DNA of 64,000 nt from a bacterium (GTDB taxonomy: Bacteria; SAR324; XYD2-FULL-50-16; G965216635). Shown here piece after piece: positions 18,845 to 29,601 of the stretch; position 1 is the first letter of the stretch; the number at the start of each line of letters is the position of its first letter. The notes beneath the pieces are model-generated. The model was not told the DNA's origin and ran no database searches. It saw only the letters and a list, made by a program, of their open reading frames with translations. Both the position numbers and the translations under genes were made by a program. Location: NCBI GenBank assembly GCA_965216635.1, contig OZ244188.1, forward strand, positions 640,001-704,000, in the 5' to 3' direction.

Positions 18845-21163
18845 ATGTTTTACAATCAAGAACAAAACAATGAGTATTATGTAGTCAATCCCGAAGGTTT
18901 GACTATGATTGCTTTAGAGCAAGAAGATAAAGTAGAAATTTGTGATCTTTATGGAGGGCAGACTTGTGAATTTGCCATTTATGATACTCAAGGAAAATCA
19001 GGAAACGGAGCGATTGATTTGAAAATGCCTTTAGAACATTTGCAACATTTAGAAAATAAGTTTTGCAATAGAGATGCTGCTGTGTTTTCTAAACTTAAAC
19101 TGCTAAAAATGAAAATTGAGCAGTTTAAGGGTTATAAAATTTTTGATAACGATGCTAAGGCTGGAGAAAAAATTCATTTTCAAAGTCTAAAAAACAGTCA
19201 AGTTATGGCTTTGACTGTGCCTTATAAGCCAATGGGGTTAGCAGAAAGTTCTCCCAGTAATGAGGTTTTTGTAAAAGTAAAAAGGAATGCAACCAATACT
19301 GATAATTCTATTTTTAAACTTCCAGAGCCTTTAGGAGAAATTGAAGATGAGTTTCTTATAGATGCATGCACTGCAAAGGCTTATTCAGTCAAAAAAGGGG
19401 ACTACATTCAAATTATTGATGTGAAGGGAAGACAGTGTTCGGATTTTTTAGCTTTTTCGGAATACAATCTAGACAAAGGAATAGAAGATGGTGTTGATAT
19501 ATCTGCTACTAGAAGCGCGGCTTGTGCTGCCTATCCTGCACCCGGTCTTTTTTCTAAATACTATACCAATGATAATAAACCATTAGTAGAAGTTGTTTGT
19601 GATACGATTGGAAGGCACGATACTTTTGGATTAGCTTGCGCTCCCAAATACTATGAAGATGTAGGCTATCCTGGTCATATTAGTTGTACTGAAAATTTCA
19701 ACCTTCAGTTGAAACATTATAGTATTGCTAAACGCACTGGTTGGCCCGCGGTTAATTTGTTTTATAATACTAGTATAGATTGCCATAACCAAATATTTGC
19801 TGATGAGTCTTGGTCTCAAGCGGGAGATTTTGTTTTATTTAAGGCTCACCAAAATTTACTCTGTGCTTCTTCGGCTTGTCCAGATGATATTAGTCCTGCA
19901 AATGGTTGGAATCCTACAGAAGTTTTTGTAAGAATTTACAAAGGAGATACCAGTGACAATAAAGGCATTATGAGTTCGCAGGGTTACCGTGTAAAACCTC
20001 ATGGTCCCTTAAAACTTACTCAAAAAAGCGGGTTTCATTCCAAAACCTCCAAACTCACAGGAAATTTTGTAGAATATAACGGTTTTTGGATGCCTCTGCA
20101 TTACAATAACTATGGAGCGATTAACGAATACTGGGCTTGTCGTCAAAAAGTAGCTGTTATAGATTTAAGTCCTTTGCGTAAGTTTGAAATCACAGGAACT
20201 GATGCAGAATTTTTAATGAACAAATCTTTTACCAGAAATATAAAAAAATTAACAATAGGACAGGTTGTTTATAGTGCCCTTTGTTATCCTACTGGAGGTA
20301 TGTTAGATGAGGGGACTATTTTTAAAATGAGTGATACTCATTTTCGTTGGATTGGAGGCTGTGATTATGCGGGCGAATTTTTAAGAGAAAAAGGATTAGA
20401 ATGGGGATTGGATGTGGAGGTAAAACCTTCTACAAGGGATATGCATAATATTGCGGTACAAGGACCTTTAAGTAGAGATTTACTAAAGAAAATTTTTTTG
20501 AATTTATCTGAACAACCAAACATAGAAGAGTTAGGTTGGTTTAGATTTAGTTTGGGACATCTAAAGAGCAAAACAAAGGAAATTTCTGTATTGGTTTCTA
20601 GAACTGGATTTACAGGAGAATTAGGCTATGAAATTTTTTGCCATCCGTGGGAGGCTCCGCTAGTTTGGGATCAGGTGATGGAGGCTGGAAAAGAATTTGA
20701 AATAGCTCCCATGGGTTTTGATGCTTTGGATATGTTGCGGATTGAAGCAGGACTCATAGTAGCAGGTAATGAATACTGCGACAGAACAGACCCTTTTGAG
20801 GCTGGAATAGGTTTTACAGTGCCTCTTAAAAGTAAAGAGGAAGATTTTACTAGCAAAGAAGCTTTAAAGAAAAGAAAAGAAAATCCACAAAAAAAACTAA
20901 TAGGTTTTGAGATGGAAGGAAGAGAACTTATTCATCATGGTGATTTAATTTTTGAAGACCGTTATTCTATAGGTGTTGTAACTAGTAGTAATTACTCTCC
21001 ATTTTCAGATAAAGTAATAGGTTACGCTTTGATGGATGTCCAGTATTGTGAAGTAGGGCTTGAAGTACAAGTTGGTAAATTAGACGGGCAACAAAAAAGA
21101 TTAAATGCTGTTTTGACTAGTTTCCCCGTCTATGATCCACAAAAAACCAGACCCCGTTCTTAA
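18845..21163 (+). CDS. tdm: trimethylamine N-oxide demethylase (DUF1989 + GcvT fusion)
   Basis: GRQCSDF, GRHDTFGLAC, GHISCTENFN, SSACPDD, then GcvT domain (DLSPLRKFE, SRTGFTGELGYE). Confidence 0.85.
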   Translation: MFYNQEQNNEYYVVNPEGLTMIALEQEDKVEICDLYGGQTCEFAIYDTQGKSGNGAIDLKMPLEHLQHLENKFCNRDAAVFSKLKLLKMKIEQFKGYKIFDNDAKAGEKIHFQSLKNSQVMALTVPYKPMGLAESSPSNEVFVKVKRNATNTDNSIFKLPEPLGEIEDEFLIDACTAKAYSVKKGDYIQIIDVKGRQCSDFLAFSEYNLDKGIEDGVDISATRSAACAAYPAPGLFSKYYTNDNKPLVEVVCDTIGRHDTFGLACAPKYYEDVGYPGHISCTENFNLQLKHYSIAKRTGWPAVNLFYNTSIDCHNQIFADESWSQAGDFVLFKAHQNLLCASSACPDDISPANGWNPTEVFVRIYKGDTSDNKGIMSSQGYRVKPHGPLKLTQKSGFHSKTSKLTGNFVEYNGFWMPLHYNNYGAINEYWACRQKVAVIDLSPLRKFEITGTDAEFLMNKSFTRNIKKLTIGQVVYSALCYPTGGMLDEGTIFKMSDTHFRWIGGCDYAGEFLREKGLEWGLDVEVKPSTRDMHNIAVQGPLSRDLLKKIFLNLSEQPNIEELGWFRFSLGHLKSKTKEISVLVSRTGFTGELGYEIFCHPWEAPLVWDQVMEAGKEFEIAPMGFDALDMLRIEAGLIVAGNEYCDRTDPFEAGIGFTVPLKSKEEDFTSKEALKKRKENPQKKLIGFEMEGRELIHHGDLIFEDRYSIGVVTSSNYSPFSDKVIGYALMDVQYCEVGLEVQVGKLDGQQKRLNAVLTSFPVYDPQKTRPRS

Positions 21164-21237
21164 TCTAGTGAAAAATTTATAACCTTTAAAAATTTTCTAC
21201 TTGATATTTTGTAAAAAATATTTTATTAAAACAAATT

Positions 21238-21306
21238 GAGACCTTTTGAATTAGCGTTATGTGACGGCAGAGCGTTTTTTGGCTAGAATGCTAATTCAAA
21301 TGTCTC
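21238..21306. mobile_element. mini MITE (69 bp)
   Basis: GAGACCTTTTGAATTAGC / GCTAATTCAAATGTCTC; flanks AAATT/AGATT. Confidence 0.8.
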
Positions 21307-21328
21307 AGATTTAATTAACAATAATATT

Positions 21329-21508
21329 ATGGGACTACCAACTACTAGATTTGATGTCAACCAACTCAGTAAAAAAGATCAAAGCAAATTTTTAAAGAGA
21401 TTGGAAGAAACAGACAAAGGTAAGCATAGAGTTAGTGAGGGAGAATTGAAAAAAATAAAAGAAACGGTTGAAAGAACAGAATTTGTACTCCACAGAAAAA
21501 CAATTTAG
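21329..21508 (+). CDS. small 59-aa protein, putative antitoxin
   Basis: MGLPTTRFDVNQLSKKDQSKFLKRLEETDK...; overlaps the start of the GNAT gene; absent from the ORF track. Confidence 0.5.
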   Translation: MGLPTTRFDVNQLSKKDQSKFLKRLEETDKGKHRVSEGELKKIKETVERTEFVLHRKTI

Positions 21509-22047
21509 TTTTTCCTATCTAAGTTTAGAAGAAAAACGACCATCTTTTGATTGCGGAGAACGAGATTTAAATGAAATTTTCGCTTTGGAATCTCTAGAAA
21601 CAGATAGAGATTTTTTAACTACTACTTATGTTTTAAAGTTAAAAAAAAAGATCAAATTGTTGCTTTCTGTTGCCTCGCTGTTGATTTGTTTCAAACAAAA
21701 AATTTCACAAGTGAACCTCCTTACAAAAAAAAACTAACAGATTTGTCTCTTTCCCGAAATAGCAAAGAATTACCAGCTATAAGAATCAAAAGTTTGCCGT
21801 AGAAAAATCTATGCAAAAAAAAAGTATTGGCAGTGAATTTCTTACTGATATAAAATATTTTTGTTTGAATGAGTGCGGAATCAGGATCCGATTTATTATA
21901 CTAGATGCCCTGAATAAACCAAGTGTAACAAACTTTTATAAAAAAAATAAGTTTCATTTTTTTACAAGTGATAATATTAGAGCTCAAATTAGACCTATGT
22001 ATTTTAATCTGAAGGAATTGCAACGTTCTATTACTAAAAATTCATAA
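21468..22047 (+). pseudogene. frameshifted GNAT acetyltransferase (TA toxin-like)
   Basis: SFDCGERDLN...QIVAFCCL...LPAIRI..FAVEKSMQKKSIGS...FIILDALN...FYKKN spread over three frames. Confidence 0.75.
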
Positions 22048-22054
22048 ATTTTCA

Positions 22055-22825
22055 ATGTTAGAAAATCAAATGCCTCAAAAAAGCGGATTTTATAATCAAT
22101 TATCTCAATTAAACGCTGATTTTGGAGAAAAAGACGGATTTTTGATAGCGCAGTCTTTTCAGGATCAGACTATTGATGAAGAATGTAAGGCATGTCAAGA
22201 GAAAGTGGCAATAACAGATACTAGTTTTTTGCGTAAATTTGAAATTATTGGCGTAGATGCGACTATTTTTGTAAAAAAAATTTTCAATCAAGATTTGAAT
22301 AGATTGGCTTGTCAGGAATTGACCCAGATTGCTTTGTTCCAAGATAACGGAGAAAAAATAGACGAAGGAAATATTTTAAAAATCTGTCCAACTCACTTTC
22401 GTTGGATTGGAAGTAGTAATAATTCTGGTAATTTTTTTACAAGTAAAATTTTAGAATGGAATCTTAAGGTCAAAATCACTGATACCACAGATAAAATAAA
22501 TAGTTTGGCGGTTTTAGGTCCTTTAAGTAAAGAATTATTAAAAAAAATAATTTGGACTCCGCCTCATCAGCCAAATGTAGAGCAATTAGAGAAGTTTCGC
22601 TTGACTCTTGCTCGTTTAGAGCTAGAACAAGGAATAAGTTTGGTCATTTTACGCACAGATTTGGGTAAAAAACTAGGATACGAGGTTTTTTGTTCTTCAG
22701 AGCATGCAGAAAATCTATGGAAAAAAATCATTCAAGCGGGAAAAGAATTTGGGGTGATTCCTATAGGTTTTAAGGCTTTAGAAGGCTATTTTCAAAAATA
22801 TTTTTTTAAAAATATTATTAAATAA
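22055..22825 (+). CDS. truncated GcvT-like aminomethyltransferase (paralogue of Tdm C-terminal half)
   Basis: DTSFLRKFEIIG, THFRWIG, GPLSKELLKK, LGYEVFC; lacks the C-terminal barrel. Confidence 0.75.
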   Translation: MLENQMPQKSGFYNQLSQLNADFGEKDGFLIAQSFQDQTIDEECKACQEKVAITDTSFLRKFEIIGVDATIFVKKIFNQDLNRLACQELTQIALFQDNGEKIDEGNILKICPTHFRWIGSSNNSGNFFTSKILEWNLKVKITDTTDKINSLAVLGPLSKELLKKIIWTPPHQPNVEQLEKFRLTLARLELEQGISLVILRTDLGKKLGYEVFCSSEHAENLWKKIIQAGKEFGVIPIGFKALEGYFQKYFFKNIIK

Positions 22826-22843
22826 ATTTTTTTTTAAAAAAAG

Positions 22844-22873
22844 TTGACAATTTTTATAATTGTTTGTTATTCT
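22844..22873 (+). promoter_or_regulatory. sigma70-like promoter of tmoX
   Basis: TTGACA-N18-TATTCT with extended TG. Confidence 0.5.
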
Positions 22874-22902
22874 TTTATCTTGTCGTACTGTTTTTTTGTT
22901 AG

Positions 22903-23913
<1,011 letters not shown>

Positions 23914-23930
23914 AAAAAGATAAAACCTTT

Positions 23931-24343
23931 GAGACCTTTGAATTAAGCATTATAGGAAAGTTAGACAAGGCACAAAAGTTTTTTATGACGAAAAATATCG
24001 TCTTGCAAAACACTCTATAATAGACCTTTGAGTTTCGCTGATGTGACGGGCTAGTCAAATGGTTAGAGCAGGTGCGAAAAAAATCTTTAGCTTGCTGGAA
24101 TATTGAAGAGAATTTCTTCACAAATGGCAAGAGTTAAAAATTTTTTTCAACGCTGCATAGGCCAAACAGAATGCAAATTCAAAAGTCTATATAATTTGCA
24201 GTTAGCAAAAGTGGGATGTAAAAAGATCCTGTGGCTCTTTTACTTTAACCTTTATTTTGTGTTAAGCAATAAGAGTATTTTGAGGAATAAAAAGCTTGAG
24301 CAACGTTGTATAGCCGAACTAGAAAATCTAATTCAAAGGTCTT
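23931..24343. mobile_element. nested MITEs (inner copy 24021-24189)
   Basis: Outer GAGACCTTTGAATTA / TAATTCAAAGGTCTT; inner TAGAC...GTCTA with perfect TSD TATAA. Confidence 0.88.
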
Positions 24344-24428
24344 AAAATAAATTATTTCCCCAATGTTTGAATACTATGCGAATGTTGGGGTTTCTTTTTT
24401 TTTCCAAAAATCTCTCTAAAAAACACGC

Positions 24429-25469
24429 ATGTCTCATAAAGACTCCTCTCCCGTCGTTCTACAATGCCAATCACTTTATAAAATTTTTGGAGAAAATCCT
24501 CGCCGATTTTTGAAGCAAAATGGTGGTGAAGTTAAAGATGAAAAACTTTTTCAAAAAAGTGGCTATATTGTAGCTGTTAATAATGTTTCTCTTGAAGTAC
24601 ACGAAGGAGAAATTCTTATCATTATGGGACTATCTGGTTCTGGAAAATCTACTCTGGTTCGTTGCTTATCAAGATTGATTAAATCTACCGCTGGTAGTGT
24701 TACCTTTGAAGGTAGAAATCTTTTGACTATGAATGCTAAAGATTTAATTCAATTAAGAAGGCATAAAATGGGTATGGTTTTTCAAAACTTTGCACTTCTC
24801 CCACACAAGACAGTTTTACAAAATATTGCTTTTCCTCTTCAGGTAAGGGATAAAAATACGAAAAAAAATATTCGTAGAGCTAGAGAGATGATAAAGCTCG
24901 TTAGTCTTGATGGTAGAGAAAATTATTTTCCCAGAGAACTATCAGGAGGGCAACAACAAAGAGTAGGGATTGCACGTTCACTAGCAGTAGAGCCTGATGT
25001 CTGGTTTTTAGATGAACCCTTTTCTGCCTTAGACCCTTTGATTAGACACGAAATGCAAGATGAATTTTTAAGATTACAATCTTTACTCAAAAAAACTATT
25101 GTTTTCATCACCCACGATTTTAATGAAGCACTCAGACTATCAGATAGAGTAGCTATTATGTATAATGGTAAAATTGAGCAAATTGGCACTCCAGCAGAAA
25201 TTGTTTTAAACCCTAAAACTAGTTATATCAAAAAATTCACCAATGAAATTCCTAGAGAAAAAGTGCTAACAGTGACTTCGGTGATGGACAAACTAGAAAA
25301 AAACGAAAAATTAACTCAAAAGAGTATTTTAGAAAATGAGTTAATTGAAAAAGTAGCCGAACAGGTCTTAGGAGAAGAAAAACCAGTCCCAGTAAAAAAC
25401 TCAAAAGGGCAAATGGTAGGAGTTTTGCACCGCAAAAAAGTTCTTAATATATTGTTCGGTAAAAGATAA
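24429..25469 (+). CDS. quaternary amine/TMAO ABC transporter ATPase (ProV/TmoW-like)
   Basis: GLSGSGKST, LSGGQQQRVG, DEPFSALDPLIR. Confidence 0.92.
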   Translation: MSHKDSSPVVLQCQSLYKIFGENPRRFLKQNGGEVKDEKLFQKSGYIVAVNNVSLEVHEGEILIIMGLSGSGKSTLVRCLSRLIKSTAGSVTFEGRNLLTMNAKDLIQLRRHKMGMVFQNFALLPHKTVLQNIAFPLQVRDKNTKKNIRRAREMIKLVSLDGRENYFPRELSGGQQQRVGIARSLAVEPDVWFLDEPFSALDPLIRHEMQDEFLRLQSLLKKTIVFITHDFNEALRLSDRVAIMYNGKIEQIGTPAEIVLNPKTSYIKKFTNEIPREKVLTVTSVMDKLEKNEKLTQKSILENELIEKVAEQVLGEEKPVPVKNSKGQMVGVLHRKKVLNILFGKR

Positions 25470-25636
25470 TACAGAGATAGAATTAAAATTAATTGAAAAA
25501 TTTTTAAAGAAAATCGCAAGCTAGATTATGATAAAATTCCCTATAAAAATAAGAAGAAAGAATAGATAATGTTGACAATATTTTAAAATATATTAAGAAT
25601 AAAAAACTAACTTATACACAACTTACAAAATAAAAA

Positions 25637-27028
25637 ATGAAAAAAGAGATAACTTTAGCAAATATTTCTGAACAATTATATGAGTTAAAAACAGATGTTG
25701 GAGATTTAAAAGGCGGTGTTGGGAAATTAGAAGACAGTGTTGGGAAATTAGAAGGCAGTGTTGGGAAATTAGAAGGCAGTGTTGGGAAATTAGAAGGCAG
25801 TTTTGGGGAATTAGAAGACAGTGTTGGGAAATTAGAAAGTGGAGTAGGTAAATTAGAAGGCAGTTTTGGGGAATTAGAAGACAGTGTTGGGAAATTAGAA
25901 AGTGGAGTAGGTAAATTAGAAGGCAGTTTTGGGGAATTAGAAGGAAGTGTTGGAAAATTAGAAGGAAGTGTTGGTAAATTAGAAGGCAGTGTTGGGAAAT
26001 TAGAAGGCAGTGTTGGGAAATTAGAAGGAAGTGTTGGGGAATTAGAAGGAAGTGTTGGGAAATTAGAAGGAAGTGTTGGGAAATTAGAAGGAAGTGTTGG
26101 GAAATTAGAAGGAAGTGTTGGGAAATTAGAAGGAAGTGTTGGGAAATTAGAAGGAAGTGTTGGGGAATTAGAAGGAAGTGTTGGGGAATTAGAAGGAAGT
26201 GTTGGGAAATTAGAAGGCGGTGTTGGGAAATTAGAAAGCAGTGTTGGGAAATTAGAAGGCGGTGTTGGGAAATTAGAAGACAGTGTTGGAAAATTAGAAG
26301 GCAGTGTTGGAGGATTAGAAGGAAGTGTTGGGGGGTTAGAAGGAAGTGTTGGGAAATTAGAAGGCAGTGTTGGGGGATTAGAAGACAGTGTTGGGAAATT
26401 AGAAGACAGTGTTGGGAAATTAGAAGGCAGTGTTGGAGGATTAGAAGGCAGTGTTGGGGGATTAGAAGGCAGTGTTGGGAAATTAGAAGGCAGTGTTGGG
26501 GGACTAGAAGACAGTGTTGGGAAATTAGAAGACAGTGTTGGTGGTTTACGGAGAGAATTTAATGGTTATATAAAAAACACAGGGACACACTTAGAAGACA
26601 CTGTAGAAAATTTTTTAATTAGAAAACAAGAAAAAAACAAACCAATAAAAATAAAGGATTTAAAAATAGACGGAAATAACATTGAATTTTATCGTTATAA
26701 ACGGACGGAGGAAGAAAAGGAAAAATTTGAAATAGATTTTTTATTATTTAACTCTCAATATTTAGGGGTAGTGGAAGTAAAAAGAAAAATTATACCAGAA
26801 GATATAGATAAATTTTTTACTAGAACGATACCAAAATTTCAAAAAAGTAAAAACTATATAAGCAATCTTTCAACTTTTGAAATACTACCAATTTTTATTT
26901 CTAGAATAAAAATACAAGATGGTATAATTGACTATTATGTCAAAAAATTTTATAACAAACACACTCCAGCATTTTTTTTAGAAGAACAAAATAAGACCAA
27001 TTTTGTGGTTAAAAATCAGGATCAGTAA
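25637..27028 (+). CDS. heptad-repeat coiled-coil protein with C-terminal PD-(D/E)xK nuclease-like domain
   Basis: 41 x (GSVGKLE); C-terminal GTHLE...EIDFLLFN...VVEVK. Confidence 0.75.
   Translation: MKKEITLANISEQLYELKTDVGDLKGGVGKLEDSVGKLEGSVGKLEGSVGKLEGSFGELEDSVGKLESGVGKLEGSFGELEDSVGKLESGVGKLEGSFGELEGSVGKLEGSVGKLEGSVGKLEGSVGKLEGSVGELEGSVGKLEGSVGKLEGSVGKLEGSVGKLEGSVGKLEGSVGELEGSVGELEGSVGKLEGGVGKLESSVGKLEGGVGKLEDSVGKLEGSVGGLEGSVGGLEGSVGKLEGSVGGLEDSVGKLEDSVGKLEGSVGGLEGSVGGLEGSVGKLEGSVGGLEDSVGKLEDSVGGLRREFNGYIKNTGTHLEDTVENFLIRKQEKNKPIKIKDLKIDGNNIEFYRYKRTEEEKEKFEIDFLLFNSQYLGVVEVKRKIIPEDIDKFFTRTIPKFQKSKNYISNLSTFEILPIFISRIKIQDGIIDYYVKKFYNKHTPAFFLEEQNKTNFVVKNQDQ
25691..26551 (+). repeat. 21-bp minisatellite, 41 units
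   Basis: GGCAGTGTTGGGAAATTAGAA consensus. Confidence 0.97.
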
Positions 27029-27270
27029 ATTCCGTCAATAAAAAACTAGACACCAAAGTGAAAACTATCCCCGAAGCAAATACAAGAGAAAGACTGCACC
27101 TACAAACCACCTATTTAAAAAAGGCAGAAAAAGAAAATCAAGACTTTGAAAGTGATATGAATAAAGCGATAAAATTTGGAAATCTTAAATAAAATTTTTT
27201 TATAAACAATACGTAAGTTTTTACCTCAAGAAACTTATGTATCTAATTCCCTGATTTTTTAAATATTGAT

Positions 27271-29205
27271 ATGGAAATACTAAAAAACAGGTATAATCAA
27301 ATAATCATTCTCTTACTTATATTTTTCCTCTTAATAATAGGAAAAAATATTTTACCAGAGTGGTTGTTTCGTCCCCCCAGTTTTTTAATTTTACCTGTAG
27401 TAGACTGGTTTAATGCTTTTTTCACGTTTCTACTAGAAACTCTGCACTTAAAAAGCGCAACTAGGGCGGTTGCAGCTGCTATACAATGGCTTTTGAATAT
27501 TGTCCAAAATATACTTTTGGGAGGACATAAAGGGCTAAGACTTCCAGCTCTTCCTTGGACTGCAGTTTTATCTATCATTACAGTCATAGCCTTTTCTTTG
27601 ATGGGTTGGAGAATGGCTTTATTTACAGCTATTAGCGTCGTCTATCTAGCCGTGTTTGGACAGTGGATAGATGCTATGCAGACTTTATCTTTAGTATTAG
27701 TCACAGTTCCTTTATCTGTCATTTTGGGTTTAAGTTTAGGAGTTTTATCCTATAAAAACAGACTTGTTAAAAAAATTTTAGCACCCTTATTAAATGTAGC
27801 CCAATCCTTACCTCACTTTTCTTATCTCATTCCAGTAGTCGTTTTTTTTGGTATTGGACATCACGCTGGAATAATAGCCACTGTTATTTTTGCAACTCCA
27901 CCTATGATCAGACTTACTCTATTGGGTTTAGGTCGGGTTCCACCAGAAATTATAGAATCAGGTTATATGAGCGGTTGTAATAATTGGCAACTACTAACAA
28001 GAGTTTTGATACCTAGTGCCAAGCCGGATATTATGATTGGAGTCAATCAAGTCATTATGCAATGTTTGGCTATGGTAGTTATTGCCAGCTTTATTGGAGC
28101 ACCGGGATTAGGGTATAAGGTATTGATAATGCTTAATAATTTAAGGATTGGTAAAGCTTTAGAATTGGGAGTCTCCATTGTCATTATTGCCATTATTTTA
28201 GATAGACTATCTTTAGCTTGGGCGGGTAAACAACCAGACTATACAGAAAATTTACCTTTTTATTTACGATATAAATATCCCCTCATTATTTTCGGGTTGG
28301 TCTTTTTAAGTATTTTATGTTCTCTTTTTTTACCTATTGCATATAAAATACCGCGTGAATTTACAATAACCACAGAACCCTATTGGGATGCAGGTGTTTT
28401 CTGGATCGCTGAACATTGGTTTGATGGACTACAGGCTTTCCGAGAATTTCTTTCTTTAAAAGTTCTTATACCTATGAGAGACGCTTATTTGAGTCTGCCT
28501 ATCTTTGCGGTTGTGGTTTTAGTTGTAGGCATAGGAATCATCCTAGGCGGACTGCGTTCAGCGTCCACTGTGTTTTTTTATTTATTCTTTATTATAGTTT
28601 CTGGTTGGTGGGATAGATCTATGATAACCGCTTATCTAGTGAGTTTTGCTGTTTTTGTTTGTGTAGGTGTAGGCGTTCCCCTGGGCATATTAGCATCTCG
28701 TGTGAAGTGGTTACAAAAGTTCATTTTAACACTTTGTGATACCTTTCAAACATTTCCGTCTTTTATCTATCTGATACCTGTTATTATGCTTTTTCAAGTC
28801 AACGATGTATCTGCTGCGTTTGCTGTTATTGTTTATGCTACAATTCCCATTACAAGATATACTATTGAAGGTTTGCGAAACATTCCAATGGAATTGCAAG
28901 AATCTGTTACTATGTCAGGGGCGAATAAATTACAAAAACTCACCCAGTTGGAATTGCCTATGGCTTTTCCACACATTATGCTTGGTATAAACCAGACTGT
29001 TCTATTCGCTTTGTTTATGGTAATTATTGCGGCTTTTATTGGAACTCAAGACTTAGGTCAAGAGATAATGAAGGCTTTAGCAGAAAGCGATATGGGAAAA
29101 GGACTAGTTTTAGGTTTGTGTGTTGCTTTTATAGGATTGATTGTTGATCACCTTATCAATACTTGGGCTGTAGATAAAAAAGCAAAATTAGGATTGGTTA
29201 ATTAA
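27271..29205 (+). CDS. ABC transporter permease, fused double ProW-type
   Basis: Two BPD_transp domains (QSLPHFSYLIP; QTFPSFIYLIP). Confidence 0.92.
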   Translation: MEILKNRYNQIIILLLIFFLLIIGKNILPEWLFRPPSFLILPVVDWFNAFFTFLLETLHLKSATRAVAAAIQWLLNIVQNILLGGHKGLRLPALPWTAVLSIITVIAFSLMGWRMALFTAISVVYLAVFGQWIDAMQTLSLVLVTVPLSVILGLSLGVLSYKNRLVKKILAPLLNVAQSLPHFSYLIPVVVFFGIGHHAGIIATVIFATPPMIRLTLLGLGRVPPEIIESGYMSGCNNWQLLTRVLIPSAKPDIMIGVNQVIMQCLAMVVIASFIGAPGLGYKVLIMLNNLRIGKALELGVSIVIIAIILDRLSLAWAGKQPDYTENLPFYLRYKYPLIIFGLVFLSILCSLFLPIAYKIPREFTITTEPYWDAGVFWIAEHWFDGLQAFREFLSLKVLIPMRDAYLSLPIFAVVVLVVGIGIILGGLRSASTVFFYLFFIIVSGWWDRSMITAYLVSFAVFVCVGVGVPLGILASRVKWLQKFILTLCDTFQTFPSFIYLIPVIMLFQVNDVSAAFAVIVYATIPITRYTIEGLRNIPMELQESVTMSGANKLQKLTQLELPMAFPHIMLGINQTVLFALFMVIIAAFIGTQDLGQEIMKALAESDMGKGLVLGLCVAFIGLIVDHLINTWAVDKKAKLGLVN

Positions 29206-29213
29206 AGATTTTA

Positions 29214-29599
29214 GAGACCTTTGAATCAGGTGCGTTCTAGTTCAGCAAAACAGGCTTATTGTTTATGGTAAAGTTCTTTTACAGTCCTTTTTTTCTGTAT
29301 GTAAGGTTTGTGGTATTTTTCCAAACGTCCTTGCTTAAGTTATTTATTCCTCAAGCTAAAATTTTTTTTCGCACCTGCTCTAACCATTTGGCTAGCCGTC
29401 GCAGCTAGTTTTCTCCTATTTGGCAAATTCAAAGCTCTCACTCTTATTACTTAATATAAAAAAAGGGTTATAGAAAAAACTCTGATGGAATTTTTTTATT
29501 TCTTTTGTGGATTACTCGTATTTTGAAGTGTTTTTCAATACAAGAATAAAAAATTTATCTAGCCTTGTCTAGCTTTCCTAGTGCTAATTCAAGGCTCTC
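29214..29599. mobile_element. MITE-like element between convergent genes
   Basis: GAGACCTTTGAATCAG / CTAATTCAAGGCTCTC; perfect TSD TTTTA containing the gpsA stop codon. Confidence 0.85.
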
Positions 29600-29601
29600 T
29601 T

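Noticed and set aside
27058..27192. 44-aa GTG-start ORF after the nuclease-like gene
   Set aside because: No clear RBS or recognisable motif
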